A stretch of DNA of 64,000 bases from an uncultured Candidatus Woesearchaeota archaeon (GCA_903864915.1 CAIPHS010000007.1:15146-79145); one strand, 5' to 3'; shown: positions 9,844-19,298, numbered from the stretch's first letter. Numbers and translations are program-made. The notes: generated by a model not told the origin, from the letters alone.

Positions 9844-9903
9844 TTTACCTCCAAGGATTAGCTGCGAGTGGATAAACTTTTTTTCAAGACTGAGGAGTGT
9901 TGT

Positions 9904-9933
9904 AGGTATTACCTCCTATTAGAAGGTAATACG
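9904..9933. promoter_or_regulatory. inverted repeat AGGTATTACC-N11-GGTAATACG upstream of trmB (candidate operator)
   Basis: 8/9 complementary arms about 60-90 nt upstream of the minus-strand TrmB start at 9843. Confidence 0.3.
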
Positions 9934-9991
9934 CGATTTTATAGTGATAGTGTCATGCAACGACAAAATTTGTCATTAAGAAAAAGAAAAT

Positions 9992-10009
9992 AAGCTGCCC
10001 AATGGCAGC
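9992..10009 (-). terminator. perfect palindrome AGCTGCC-CAAT-GGCAGCT followed (minus strand) by a T-rich tract; terminator-like
   Basis: Lies immediately after the stop of the 10021..10506 gene on the minus strand. Confidence 0.35.
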
Positions 10010-10020
10010 TTCACAAGCAC

Positions 10021-10506
10021 TTACTCAGCGTCAGCTGCTACAACCGGTAATAACATATTGCAAACCGGCACGGCAAAGGCTGTGCATGATTGAGCTGTTA
10101 CAACATTTACTCTCGCAACATCGCCGAATTGCAGGTCACAGGAATAACTTGCTGCGCCAGTAACCGTCAATTCCGCGCCACTTATGTCCATATATTTGGT
10201 ACCTTGGTAACTAGATATAGTTTGTACTCTCATTCTCAGCTGGTTTACGTAAATTGTGTCTGTCGCGCTATTTATTTGGCTTGGATTCACGTATGGCTTA
10301 TCAACGTTAACGAGGCCGTTATAGCTTACTGTGGTGAAACCGTCTGTTAAATAAAATGTGCCAACTACTACATTTCCATTAAATAACACTTCGCCTCCGC
10401 CACCGTCACAAGCAAGCACTGGCGCTGCACTAAATGCAAAAACAAGCGCCATGACTAAACTTCCCAATAAAATTTTTCTCTTTTCCATAGCAAAGAAAGT
10501 ATTCAT
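10021..10506 (-). CDS. secreted hypothetical protein
   Basis: Signal peptide ...LGSLVMALVFAFSAAPVLA. Confidence 0.5.
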   Translation of the reverse strand: MNTFFAMEKRKILLGSLVMALVFAFSAAPVLACDGGGGEVLFNGNVVVGTFYLTDGFTTVSYNGLVNVDKPYVNPSQINSATDTIYVNQLRMRVQTISSYQGTKYMDISGAELTVTGAASYSCDLQFGDVARVNVVTAQSCTAFAVPVCNMLLPVVAADAE

Positions 10507-10549
10507 AAGAACAAAATAAGCTTGCTTTATAAAACAAAAAAAGAGAAAA

Positions 10550-11767
10550 CTATTCTCTACTTTTCACAGATAATCTATCTAATTCTTGTAAATATTTTCT
10601 AGAATCATATTTCCAGGAAGTTGTTTTTGGGTCAAAAAGCTTGTGGTAATGTTGTTTAAGCCAGCCTTTAGTTTTGCCTTCCCAAAAATTCGAAGAATCT
10701 GCGTAGTCAAATAATATTGCCCTATTTACCCTCGTTTTTAACATGGCTTTGCTTATGTCCATAAATACATCTGCAACTAGTTTGCCGTTAGTAACTAATT
10801 CTATCGTAAAAAGATTACGAGGGTCTAAGCAATAAACTACAACGTGCAGAGATTTTTTTGAAATGGTTCTAATCAACTCTAATAAAGTCTGCTCATCTTT
10901 AAGTTTCAATATAAACTGCAAATTGATATTTTCGCGGTATAATGGCCCATAAGCAATACGTATCTGCTGAAGAAAATCTTCAGAGTTTTCGTGTAAATAC
11001 TTCAAAACTTGCTGAATACAACTTACACCTACACCTATCGTGTTTTTCCGTATTTTCAAGCCCTTAACAGATGGGCATTTTTTTGGCAAATAACATACAT
11101 CTTCTCCGAATTTCTCGTTCAATCTTTCCCAAATCTTACGCGGAGATGCAAAGTCTTTCAAGTATTCTGCAGCTGTTAAAACTACGAAAGGTGCGCTAAA
11201 CTTTGTTTTGCGCTCATTGTGCAAATTATCTTTTAGTAAATTTATGAAGCGATCATCGCATGTTTTGATAGCTTTAATGGTGCCGTTTGACGAAATCATT
11301 TCATGAAAAGGTGAATATAAAGCAGTTACGTGCTTAACTTTAAACACTGTGAAATCTTCTATGAGTTTTCTGCTTTTGGCGTCTCTCCAAAAATTACAGA
11401 ACTCTTGAAACATTTCATTAGGTATCTTATAATTAACAAAAAAGCATTCTTGGTGTGTTCTAAAATCAACACCTTTCATCAAGTATATTTTGTACGGGAT
11501 CACATCTAAAAGGGCAGGATTACGTAAGCCGTATACTGTTAAAGCCACACTACTCAAACCTAGCCGCTCAAATTTGATGCTTAGATGATATGTAAAATAA
11601 TGGTTTTCCCTTAGATGTTTGAGCCAACGTTTAATCGTTCTTTCAGAAACTTTTTTGCCCCGTATTGTTATGTTCTGGGCCATCTCCCGCGAATTCATCA
11701 GCTTTTTGTGTAAAGTCAGCCGGTAGATAAATTCGAGAAGTCGCTTATCAAATGCGTGAAGCACCAT
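10550..11767 (-). CDS. hypothetical protein with N-terminal HTH; markedly low-GC gene
   Basis: 405-aa intact ORF. MAQNITIRGKKVSERTIKRWLKHL is HTH-like. About 35% GC versus 42-45% in the flanks. Confidence 0.5.
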   Translation of the reverse strand: MVLHAFDKRLLEFIYRLTLHKKLMNSREMAQNITIRGKKVSERTIKRWLKHLRENHYFTYHLSIKFERLGLSSVALTVYGLRNPALLDVIPYKIYLMKGVDFRTHQECFFVNYKIPNEMFQEFCNFWRDAKSRKLIEDFTVFKVKHVTALYSPFHEMISSNGTIKAIKTCDDRFINLLKDNLHNERKTKFSAPFVVLTAAEYLKDFASPRKIWERLNEKFGEDVCYLPKKCPSVKGLKIRKNTIGVGVSCIQQVLKYLHENSEDFLQQIRIAYGPLYRENINLQFILKLKDEQTLLELIRTISKKSLHVVVYCLDPRNLFTIELVTNGKLVADVFMDISKAMLKTRVNRAILFDYADSSNFWEGKTKGWLKQHYHKLFDPKTTSWKYDSRKYLQELDRLSVKSRE

Positions 11768-11856
11768 CCCTCCATTACTAGCATGTACGGCGATTTAAGC
11801 CTTTAGTTTAGTCTTGCAAATAAATTCTTATATATGTGTTCTAGGAGAGTAGCAGC

Positions 11857-12288
11857 ATGATGTTTGATTCATTCAGAGCGAGAGTAGGCATAATTCTGAT
11901 ACAAGGCAGGGATATTCTCCTGCTTAGGGATACAAAAGGAACGCCTCCGACGTTTTTCCTGCCTGGCGGAGTTGTAAAGCTTGGGGAAACTCTGGAAGCT
12001 GCTGCCAAGAGAGAAACCAAAACGCAAACGGGCGTGGACATAGAACTGTCAAAACTTCTGTATATTTATGACAACATCAAGGAAGACGGCAAGCACAGGC
12101 TAGATATTTTCTTTTTGGGAAAAGTTGCTGAAGAACAGCTGGTCGTGCCGGGCATCCAGAACACAAAACTGGACTGGGTGCGCATAGATTTGCTGCCATC
12201 AATGAATCTGAACCCGCTGATTTTGCGCGAGCAGATCCTGAAAGACTGGAAAAACAAGTTCAAAACCGAATCGGTTTACTTAAAATAA
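11857..12288 (+). CDS. NUDIX hydrolase
   Basis: Nudix box GGVVKLGETLEAAAKRETKTQTGV. Confidence 0.8.
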   Translation: MMFDSFRARVGIILIQGRDILLLRDTKGTPPTFFLPGGVVKLGETLEAAAKRETKTQTGVDIELSKLLYIYDNIKEDGKHRLDIFFLGKVAEEQLVVPGIQNTKLDWVRIDLLPSMNLNPLILREQILKDWKNKFKTESVYLK

Positions 12289-12312
12289 CTCAAACTTAAT
12301 CGTAAGTTTGAG
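12289..12312 (+). terminator. 10-bp perfect stem-loop CTCAAACTTA-ATCG-TAAGTTTGAG directly after the NUDIX stop
   Basis: Perfect inverted repeat. No strong U-tract follows. Confidence 0.25.
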
Positions 12313-12433
12313 GGATAGAAAAATACGAATTATCGGCTTATAATTTTTCCATAATCAGATTTTACATCCGTAATTTCAAGACGTAAAAGTTTATATACTT
12401 CTATTTGTAGAAACACTTATGGAGGTCTTGTAA

Positions 12434-12583
12434 ATGGCAACAAAAAGAAAACCCTTTGGTGGAATGTTAATCAAGCCAGACAGCAAGCTAGCTGCGGTGA
12501 TTGGTAGCGGAGCAGTCGCCCCGTCCCAGATGACAAAGAAGATTTGGATATACATCAAGAAGAACAAATTACTGAAGAAGTAA
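12434..12583 (+). CDS. small basic protein (49 aa) resembling the N-terminal half of a SWIB/MDM2 domain
   Basis: GGAGGT 7 nt upstream. MATKRKPFGGMLIKPDSKLAAVIGSGAVAPSQMTKKIWIYIKKNKLLKK. TATA-like TTTATATA about 40 nt upstream. Oligo-T after the stop. Absent from the ORF track (<60 aa). Confidence 0.5.
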   Translation: MATKRKPFGGMLIKPDSKLAAVIGSGAVAPSQMTKKIWIYIKKNKLLKK

Positions 12584-12683
12584 GCAGACAGAATTTTTAC
12601 TTTTCTTTTTATTTTAATTTTCAACTCTTAGAATAAGAAACTTTAAATACAACTTGTCATAGATGTAAATGGAGGTCTTAATA

Positions 12684-12842
12684 ATGGCAACAAAGAAAAA
12701 AAGATTACCATTCGGTGGAATGGTTATGTGGTGTGATTGCGACTGCCCAATGTGTGATGTTTTCGGAAAGAAATTACCACCATCGGCACAGACAAAAGCA
12801 ATGTGGGTACACTTCAAGAAACACGGACACATTAAGAAGTAA
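12684..12842 (+). CDS. small basic protein (52 aa), paralog of 12434..12583 with CxCxC..C insert
   Basis: Same upstream GGAGGTCTTA-ATAATG context. MATKKKRLPFGGM...C-D-C-D-C-P-M-C...AMWVHFKKHGHIKK. Oligo-T after the stop. Confidence 0.5.
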   Translation: MATKKKRLPFGGMVMWCDCDCPMCDVFGKKLPPSAQTKAMWVHFKKHGHIKK

Positions 12843-12902
12843 ATTAGTTTTTTAGTTTATTCTTCTTTTTATTATATTTTTAAAATCAATATAAAAAAGA
12901 AA

Positions 12903-13292
12903 TCAGTATTTTCTTACTGCTGAAACTACATTATCACTGAAGGCAATCTGCCAAGTGCCATCTTTTTGATAGTACCAGTATTCTACGATGTTGCCCTTTG
13001 GTGTAGTTATGGTCTGCTTGTCAACAGGCTCACCAGCAAGTTCTTTGACCTTGTCCGCAGTCATGCCTTCCAAAATCTGGTCCGGGTAACCGTTGGTTTC
13101 AGCTTGTGGTTCTGCAACCTGTTGTGCTGTTTCATTTGGATTTATAACAGTCAGGTTGACTTCCGCACCTTTGGTGTCCAGAACTGCGCCTGTTGCCAGG
13201 TCCTTCTCGGCTGGCAAAAACTTGAAAGCCAAAAATGTTGCAGATAACCCTATTGTAACGACAATAATTCCTAGCAAAAGCAATTTGTTCAT
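12903..13292 (-). CDS. membrane-anchored/secreted hypothetical protein
   Basis: N-terminal TM/signal LLLLGIIVVTIGLSATFLAF. Confidence 0.5.
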   Translation of the reverse strand: MNKLLLLGIIVVTIGLSATFLAFKFLPAEKDLATGAVLDTKGAEVNLTVINPNETAQQVAEPQAETNGYPDQILEGMTADKVKELAGEPVDKQTITTPKGNIVEYWYYQKDGTWQIAFSDNVVSAVRKY

Positions 13293-13624
13293 ATTTCCTC
13301 CTTCATACGCTCATATAGCTGTACCGCACGCTCGCTCTTGTTAATTATAAATTTTGTGCCACTTGGCAATACAAATGCAAGTTCGGAAAATGTGGGGCAG
13401 GAATTCAGGAATTTTTTCAAATCTACTGCCAATTGCAATGTAATTTCCGGCACGTCCCATTCCAGATAAAATTTGTATGGGTCAATCTCATGCATCAGCC
13501 CTTCAACCCATTGCGGCTTTATCCTTTTGCCGCCCCTGTAGCCATATTTCTGGAAAAATTCTTTCAGGACCATCATATTCAGCTGGAATTTTTGACTGTC
13601 TGGAATGTCAAAACGAAGTAACAT
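13289..13624 (-). CDS. hypothetical protein
   Basis: Intact ORF with ATGA overlap with the downstream gene. Confidence 0.45.
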   Translation of the reverse strand: MLLRFDIPDSQKFQLNMMVLKEFFQKYGYRGGKRIKPQWVEGLMHEIDPYKFYLEWDVPEITLQLAVDLKKFLNSCPTFSELAFVLPSGTKFIINKSERAVQLYERMKEEI

Positions 13625-13674
13625 ATACTATTATAGGGTAGAAAAAGAATTTAACTCTGTCGCTATTACCATAT

Positions 13675-13745
13675 TGCTAACAGCAGTTAGCAATCGCCAA
13701 ACATGGTTTGGCATATAGTATATTTAATAAACAGGGTTGCTAACT
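13675..13745. promoter_or_regulatory. palindrome TTGCTAAC-AGCA-GTTAGCAA plus a third GTTGCTAAC half-site upstream of the aminotransferase gene
   Basis: Perfect 8-bp inverted repeat at 13675..13694. Extra copy at 13737..13745. 50-120 nt upstream of the ATG at 13796. Confidence 0.4.
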
Positions 13746-13795
13746 GCCCCAGGGTATAACAAAGCTATTATAGTTTAGCGTCCTTCCAAAACGCA

Positions 13796-15031
13796 ATGGC
13801 AATCAGGCTAAAGCAGGTGCCAGGCCCAAAATCTTCTAAGTTGTCTGAGTTCTACAGACGGTATAATGCCCTCTCGACACACGAATATCCTCTTGCAATA
13901 AAAGACGGCCAGGGCGCATACCTGCAAGATGTTGATGGCAACTGGTTCCTCGATTTCAACTCACAAATAGCATCTGCAGCCCTTGGCTACAAGCATCCGG
14001 AAATCATGCGCACCATAAAAGAACATTCCGAAAATGGCGCAATGAAGATTGCTGGGCAGTTCTTCTATTGCGAGGAAGCTGCAGAGCTCACAAGAAACAT
14101 CTTATCTATTGCGCCGAAAAAATTGCGGCGTGTTTTCCTGGCAAATTCCGGCACAGAGGCTATTGAAAACTGCCTGAAACTTATTTGGAGAAAAGTGGGC
14201 CCGTTGCCTGGCGTCTCCTGCAGCGGCGCATTTCATGGTTCAACCATCGGCGCATTATCAATCACACATGCAAAAGCCGCGTACAAGAAAAATTATCCGG
14301 AAATCAACCACCATAGCATAAAGTTCTGCACAAGGGATGATGACGCTGAGATTGATGAACTAGAAAAATTCATCTTGACCGGCGGCAAGCCATCATTCGT
14401 GATTGTTGAACCTGTGCAGGGGAACAGCGGCTATTACCCCGCGAGCAAGAAATTCATGCAAGTTCTAAGCAAAATTACAAAGATAAACAAAGTTCCCCTG
14501 ATTTGCGATGAAGTGCAGTCCGGAATGGGCAGGACTGGCAAATGGTGGGCATTCCAGAATTACAATATCGAGCCAGACTTCATAGCGGCAGGAAAGCATT
14601 TGCAGGTCGGAGCGGTGATTTTCCCCAGCGAATTTAATCCTACTGAAAAAGGTGCTGTGCTTGGCACATGGAATGGCGGACACAGGCTTGACATGGCGAT
14701 TGCATCAACTGTGATAAGAACTATAAGAAAACAGAAATTACTGGATAATGCTGTAAATATCGGCGAGCACATAAGGAAAAGATTGCGGGACTTGGCGAAA
14801 GAAATGCCAAAATTCATCATAGACACGAGAGGTATCGGCCTGATGCAGGCCATCGAATTTCCAAGTGCTGAGATCCGCGACAGGATAATACAACAGGCTT
14901 TCAGGAACGGATTGTGCCTGCTGCCTGCGGGCGAGCGAACCATCCGCATAGCACCCCCTCTGATAATAAAAAAAGAGGAAGCTGAGGAAGGACTTAATGT
15001 CTTAGAGAAAGTTATAAAAAATTCAAAATAA
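13796..15031 (+). CDS. class-III (omega) aminotransferase, PLP-dependent
   Basis: DEVQSGMGRTGKWWA PLP-lysine region. Overall AcOAT/GABA-AT-like architecture. Confidence 0.8.
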   Translation: MAIRLKQVPGPKSSKLSEFYRRYNALSTHEYPLAIKDGQGAYLQDVDGNWFLDFNSQIASAALGYKHPEIMRTIKEHSENGAMKIAGQFFYCEEAAELTRNILSIAPKKLRRVFLANSGTEAIENCLKLIWRKVGPLPGVSCSGAFHGSTIGALSITHAKAAYKKNYPEINHHSIKFCTRDDDAEIDELEKFILTGGKPSFVIVEPVQGNSGYYPASKKFMQVLSKITKINKVPLICDEVQSGMGRTGKWWAFQNYNIEPDFIAAGKHLQVGAVIFPSEFNPTEKGAVLGTWNGGHRLDMAIASTVIRTIRKQKLLDNAVNIGEHIRKRLRDLAKEMPKFIIDTRGIGLMQAIEFPSAEIRDRIIQQAFRNGLCLLPAGERTIRIAPPLIIKKEEAEEGLNVLEKVIKNSK

Positions 15032-15115
15032 GCAAAAAAATCTGAATTTTCTAAAACTGACGTTATTAAAAATTCAAAGTAGAAAACAAAACTTTTTATA
15101 CCCCTGATTTTTTTA

Positions 15116-15364
15116 ATGAGTTGCATGGCCAAGAAGGTTAAAATATATTCAACGCCCTACTGCACATACTGCAAGCTTGCCAAAAATTTCTTTACCAAAA
15201 ACAGCGTGGCTTTTACAGAAGTTGACGTCTCTGAAGACGAGAAAGAACTTAATAGCATGGTGAAGAAGAGCGGGCAGATGGGTGTCCCCGTAATTGAGAT
15301 TGACGATAAGGTCATTGTAGGCTACAACGAGGCGAAGATAAAAAAACTTCTTGGGCTAAAATGA
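15116..15364 (+). CDS. glutaredoxin/NrdH-like thioredoxin-fold protein
   Basis: CTYC (CxxC) at the N-terminus. 82 aa. ATGA overlap with trxB. Confidence 0.7.
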   Translation: MSCMAKKVKIYSTPYCTYCKLAKNFFTKNSVAFTEVDVSEDEKELNSMVKKSGQMGVPVIEIDDKVIVGYNEAKIKKLLGLK

Positions 15365-16305
15365 TTTATGACATAATTATCATTGGTGCTGGCCCCGCAG
15401 GCCTCACTGCTGCAATCTATGCTTGCAGGCGCGAGCTCAAGACACTGATTATTAGCAAGGACCTGGGCGGGCAGATTGCAAAAGCCCCAGATGTCAGGAA
15501 TTTTCCAGGCTTTGAAGAAATCTCAGGTGCAGAACTAACTCAGAAAATGATGGACCAGGCGCAGAAGCTTGGTGCCGAAGTTGTTTTTGAAGGAATAAAA
15601 TCTGTCACAAAGGAAGGAAAAAACTTTGAAGTGCAGGCTTCTGCAGGAAAATACAAAGGCAAAGCCCTGATACTCGCATACGGCAAGACACCCCGAAGTC
15701 TGGGTGTGGATGGGGAGGAAAAATTTGCCGGCAAGGGCGTCAGCTATTGCGCGACTTGCGACATGCCTGTCTTCAGGAACAAAACGGTTGCAATCCTTGG
15801 TGGAGGAAACTCCGCATTGGATGCTGCAATCTATGGCTCAAAGATTGCAAAACAAATCTACATAATTCACAGACGGGATGAATTTAGGGCTGATGAAATT
15901 GAATTAAAAAATGCAAAGAAGGCAAAAAACATTGAGTTCGTACTGAATTCAATCCCAAAGGAAATCAAAGGAGACAAATTTGTAAAATCCCTAATTATAG
16001 AGGATGTAAACACCAAAAAAACAAGAGATATTCCTGTTGATGGAATATTTGTCGAAATAGGCTACGAAGTCAAGACAGACATTGTTGCGCATCTGGTGAA
16101 ATTAGACGAATTGAAGCAAATTATAATTGACAACACCTGCTCGACATCCCAGCCAGGAATTTTTGCTGCCGGCGATATTACAAACACGCCGATGAAACAA
16201 TCCATAGTTGCAGCTGGCGAAGGTGCAAAAGCTGCATTGTCCGCATACCATTATCTGCAAGGATCCAAGCCCACAGTTATGGTGGATTGGGGCAAGAAAA
16301 CTTAA
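15361..16305 (+). CDS. trxB: thioredoxin-disulfide reductase
   Basis: IIIGAGPAGLTAAIYA FAD motif. CATCD redox-active CxxC. Second NAD(P)H Rossmann GGGNSALD. Confidence 0.85.
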   Translation: MIYDIIIIGAGPAGLTAAIYACRRELKTLIISKDLGGQIAKAPDVRNFPGFEEISGAELTQKMMDQAQKLGAEVVFEGIKSVTKEGKNFEVQASAGKYKGKALILAYGKTPRSLGVDGEEKFAGKGVSYCATCDMPVFRNKTVAILGGGNSALDAAIYGSKIAKQIYIIHRRDEFRADEIELKNAKKAKNIEFVLNSIPKEIKGDKFVKSLIIEDVNTKKTRDIPVDGIFVEIGYEVKTDIVAHLVKLDELKQIIIDNTCSTSQPGIFAAGDITNTPMKQSIVAAGEGAKAALSAYHYLQGSKPTVMVDWGKKT

Positions 16306-16329
16306 TAGCTTAACTTCTCATTAAATCAT

Positions 16330-16662
16330 ATGCCTATTACGCAAGAGGGGGTAACCCCTGAATACGAGCTGGGTAATCTCGTAATAACCGCGTGGCCAGA
16401 CAATACTTATTCTTTTGAGAACATAAACCTAACAATCGCGCGATGCGCTGACGGCGGGATAAAGGACATCTATGATGCTCAATGGAAGCGCTCCGACCTA
16501 ATCGCAAAGCTGAAGGGCGGCAGCATAGAGGATGTCCTGAAGGGCCTGTCGAAGGAAGATATCGCTCTGCTAGAAACAGAAAAGACAGACATAATAAAGT
16601 ACGTTGAAGACGTTAAGGATTTGTATGAATGTAGTAAAAAAACTGAGTCACCTGCGCCTTAG
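16330..16662 (+). CDS. hypothetical protein
   Basis: Intact ORF. Confidence 0.4.
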   Translation: MPITQEGVTPEYELGNLVITAWPDNTYSFENINLTIARCADGGIKDIYDAQWKRSDLIAKLKGGSIEDVLKGLSKEDIALLETEKTDIIKYVEDVKDLYECSKKTESPAP

Positions 16663-16959
16663 CAGCTTCTTTTCAGCCTTTTTTACTTCTCTTTCTGTTT
16701 TTGCAAACCTGCGTGGGATGTAAACCCAGTTAGTGACTGCCAGAACGGCTACGATTATGCCAAGAACAATGAATATCATCTCTCGGTTATGCAGGAATTG
16801 CAATATGCATAAAGTTACTGAGCCGAGCATGAACAGCAAAGTCGCTAACGGGTCTGTGGTGCTTTTGCCCTGGTAAATATCCTTTGCAACAATTACGCAC
16901 CATGCGGCCAGGAAAAATATTGTGGCTAGCAAATCAAGATAATCTATGAACGCAGCCAT
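16648..16959 (-). CDS. small membrane protein
   Basis: Three predicted TM helices. Basic C-terminus. Confidence 0.45.
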   Translation of the reverse strand: MAAFIDYLDLLATIFFLAAWCVIVAKDIYQGKSTTDPLATLLFMLGSVTLCILQFLHNREMIFIVLGIIVAVLAVTNWVYIPRRFAKTEREVKKAEKKLLRRR

Positions 16960-17034
16960 GCCAGCTCTTTATTTTCCAGCTATTAAAATCTTTCCGGGCA
17001 CAAGGCTTTAAAGAATAACGGATTTTACCAGAAC

Positions 17035-17583
17035 ATGTTCACGTTTACGCTCTGGGAAATTATCCAGATAATAATAACCATACTTGCTGTCGGCGTAATT
17101 TTTTCCGGGCTGGTAAAAAAGCCACAGACTTACGAAGACCTGCTTGAAGGCAAAAATAATGTTTTGCAGGACTTGAAATTTGCAATTGCCGTTGCAGCTC
17201 CTGCAGTAATCTTTCATGAGCTTGCTCATAAATTCCTTGCTTTGTATTACGGTTTCTCTGCAACCTATGTTGCAAGCTGGTGGGGCCTCGGCATAGGCCT
17301 AGTGCTGAGATTCCTTGCGCCAGGCTGGATATTCTTCATTCCCGGCTATGTTTCAATCTCAGGCGCAGGAACCGCTTTACAGTATGGCCTGACAGCCCTT
17401 GCAGGCCCGCTGACAAACCTGATTTTGTTCGGAATTTTCTGGCTCTTATTAAAGAAAGATATCGCGCCAAAGTATTCTGCAATCTGGCAAGTTGCAAAGC
17501 AAATCAACCTCTGGCTCTTTGTATTCAACATGCTGCCAATCCCTGGCCTGGATGGCTTCAAGTTCTACAGCTCATTTTTCTAA
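17035..17583 (+). CDS. M50-family (site-2 protease-like) membrane metalloprotease, minimal form
   Basis: HELAH (HExxH) in a TM helix. NMLPIPGLDG (LDG motif). Confidence 0.6.
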   Translation: MFTFTLWEIIQIIITILAVGVIFSGLVKKPQTYEDLLEGKNNVLQDLKFAIAVAAPAVIFHELAHKFLALYYGFSATYVASWWGLGIGLVLRFLAPGWIFFIPGYVSISGAGTALQYGLTALAGPLTNLILFGIFWLLLKKDIAPKYSAIWQVAKQINLWLFVFNMLPIPGLDGFKFYSSFF

Positions 17584-19208
17584 AGGTGCATGCTGAAAGA
17601 GCCAGAATATACTGGTCCAGAGTACATCGGCAATTTGCTTGGGCTTATTTCAGTTATCGTAAATACGACAAAGTTACCATTATCTTTTTTGGTGTATTTG
17701 ATCGCGTCTTTAAGCAAACTGCTTTCGAGGGAGTTGACGCTCGTAAGATAATCGCCAACTTTCTCGACTGCAACTTCCGCATTTAAAACATATTCACTTT
17801 TTACTGTCACAGAAATAATATACGCGCCGCCATTTCCAGAAGTTGTGACATAATACATATCGCTAACCGGCACAGCGCCAGCATACGTGGAAAACTTGGT
17901 TTCAAATGTTCCTACGCCGCTTTTGTAAATAGATATGCTCTTTTTCAAATCCGTAACGCTGCCAATAAGTAAATATTTATCATCTATGATAGCATAGCCT
18001 GTCAAAGATTCATCCATTTCAGGTGTTGTTGGTGTTGGAGTTTTAATCATCTGAGCCTGGAATGCATCCACTTCAACAATATGAAATCCTTCATTTTTAG
18101 TGTTTCCTTCGCCTGCGTAGCGTATGTAACGAACATCTATCGGGGCAATCATATCAACTTGTCTCCCAGAAACATAAGTGTCTAGCTTATTGACCACTCT
18201 ATTCCAATTAACACCATCTGTTGAAACATCTATCAAATATCCATAGTAATACCTAGCAGTATCATATTGCTGGTTATCGAAATCCCACAAGTATGTATCT
18301 ATCTCATCTAAGTTCGTTCGTACCGTTCCCAAATCAATCGTTATCTGGCATGTACTGCTGCCTGCTGTGCATGCGGTAAACCCTGAAGAGCCGCTAGCAT
18401 AATAAGAATCATCAACAGCGGCATTTGGTGTGCCGTAATCGCATGATTCGCCAGCGCTTTGTATATCGCCTGAATAGCACACTTTTTGTGCAAGGGTTCT
18501 GGCGCCTTGTGAAGTTGATGCAACGTCACCCGGCTTTGGCTCATTAACAATCGGAATAAATTTTTGCTGCCCATGAATTAAAACCCCTTGCGTGCTTGTT
18601 GTTAAGTTTGCGCTGTCGTAAGTATAACCTAAAGCTGCTTCCAAAACAGCAACGCCAGGTGCAGATTTCAACCTCAGAACTCTAACACTATTTGCTTCCG
18701 ATATCCAATTAACTTCGCCAGAAAGCAAGGCGCTTGCCTGATCATTAACTAATAAGAATTTTCTGACATTTTCACTCATTTGCATATAATTCATGCTGGT
18801 CGTATCGAATGAATAGAATTTTGCTGCCTCTTTAGCCCCGCCTCCACCCACATTTACATTTACCCCGCCCATGAGGAATATTGCACTCAAGATGCTAATA
18901 ACCACAGCCACCGCGATGATGATGCCAATCCACAGTAATTTTTTCTGCCCTCCGCCTGCAGGCGCAATTGGCGCAGCCACGGGATTTAATTTACCCAAAA
19001 GCATGATGGCAAATATTATTACCACACCCAAAACTAAAAAGTTTAAATCCAAACCTTGTGAACCTTGTGCAGCTCCGGCAAAACCAGTTATCTGCAATAA
19101 ACCCAATGCAGGTATCGCGACTAAAATCAACAAAAGTATTAGCAATTGTTGAGAAATCAAATTCTTTTGACGTACCATGGTGGCCATTTTTAAATGGCCA
19201 GATATCAT
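17580..19208 (-). CDS. membrane-anchored extracellular protein with discoidin/F5-8 type C-like C-terminal domain
   Basis: N-terminal TM helices. G-rich linker. C-terminal ...WDFDNQQYDTARYYYG...VRYIRY... resembles carbohydrate-binding discoidin. Confidence 0.45.
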   Translation of the reverse strand: MISGHLKMATMVRQKNLISQQLLILLLILVAIPALGLLQITGFAGAAQGSQGLDLNFLVLGVVIIFAIMLLGKLNPVAAPIAPAGGGQKKLLWIGIIIAVAVVISILSAIFLMGGVNVNVGGGGAKEAAKFYSFDTTSMNYMQMSENVRKFLLVNDQASALLSGEVNWISEANSVRVLRLKSAPGVAVLEAALGYTYDSANLTTSTQGVLIHGQQKFIPIVNEPKPGDVASTSQGARTLAQKVCYSGDIQSAGESCDYGTPNAAVDDSYYASGSSGFTACTAGSSTCQITIDLGTVRTNLDEIDTYLWDFDNQQYDTARYYYGYLIDVSTDGVNWNRVVNKLDTYVSGRQVDMIAPIDVRYIRYAGEGNTKNEGFHIVEVDAFQAQMIKTPTPTTPEMDESLTGYAIIDDKYLLIGSVTDLKKSISIYKSGVGTFETKFSTYAGAVPVSDMYYVTTSGNGGAYIISVTVKSEYVLNAEVAVEKVGDYLTSVNSLESSLLKDAIKYTKKDNGNFVVFTITEISPSKLPMYSGPVYSGSFSMHL

Positions 19209-19298
19209 ATATAAACCTTACCGAATGGAGATTACTCTCCACAATTTTCTGAACAAGTTTTAAGAAACTATCAGCCAAAACAAAAGCGGTGCTCAAAC

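Noticed and set aside
12391-12832. Minus-strand ORFs 12391..12624 and 12614..12832 from the ORF track
   Set aside because: They are low-complexity antisense frames over two plus-strand mini-genes that have SD, TATA-like elements and oligo-T terminators. The plus-strand genes are preferred.
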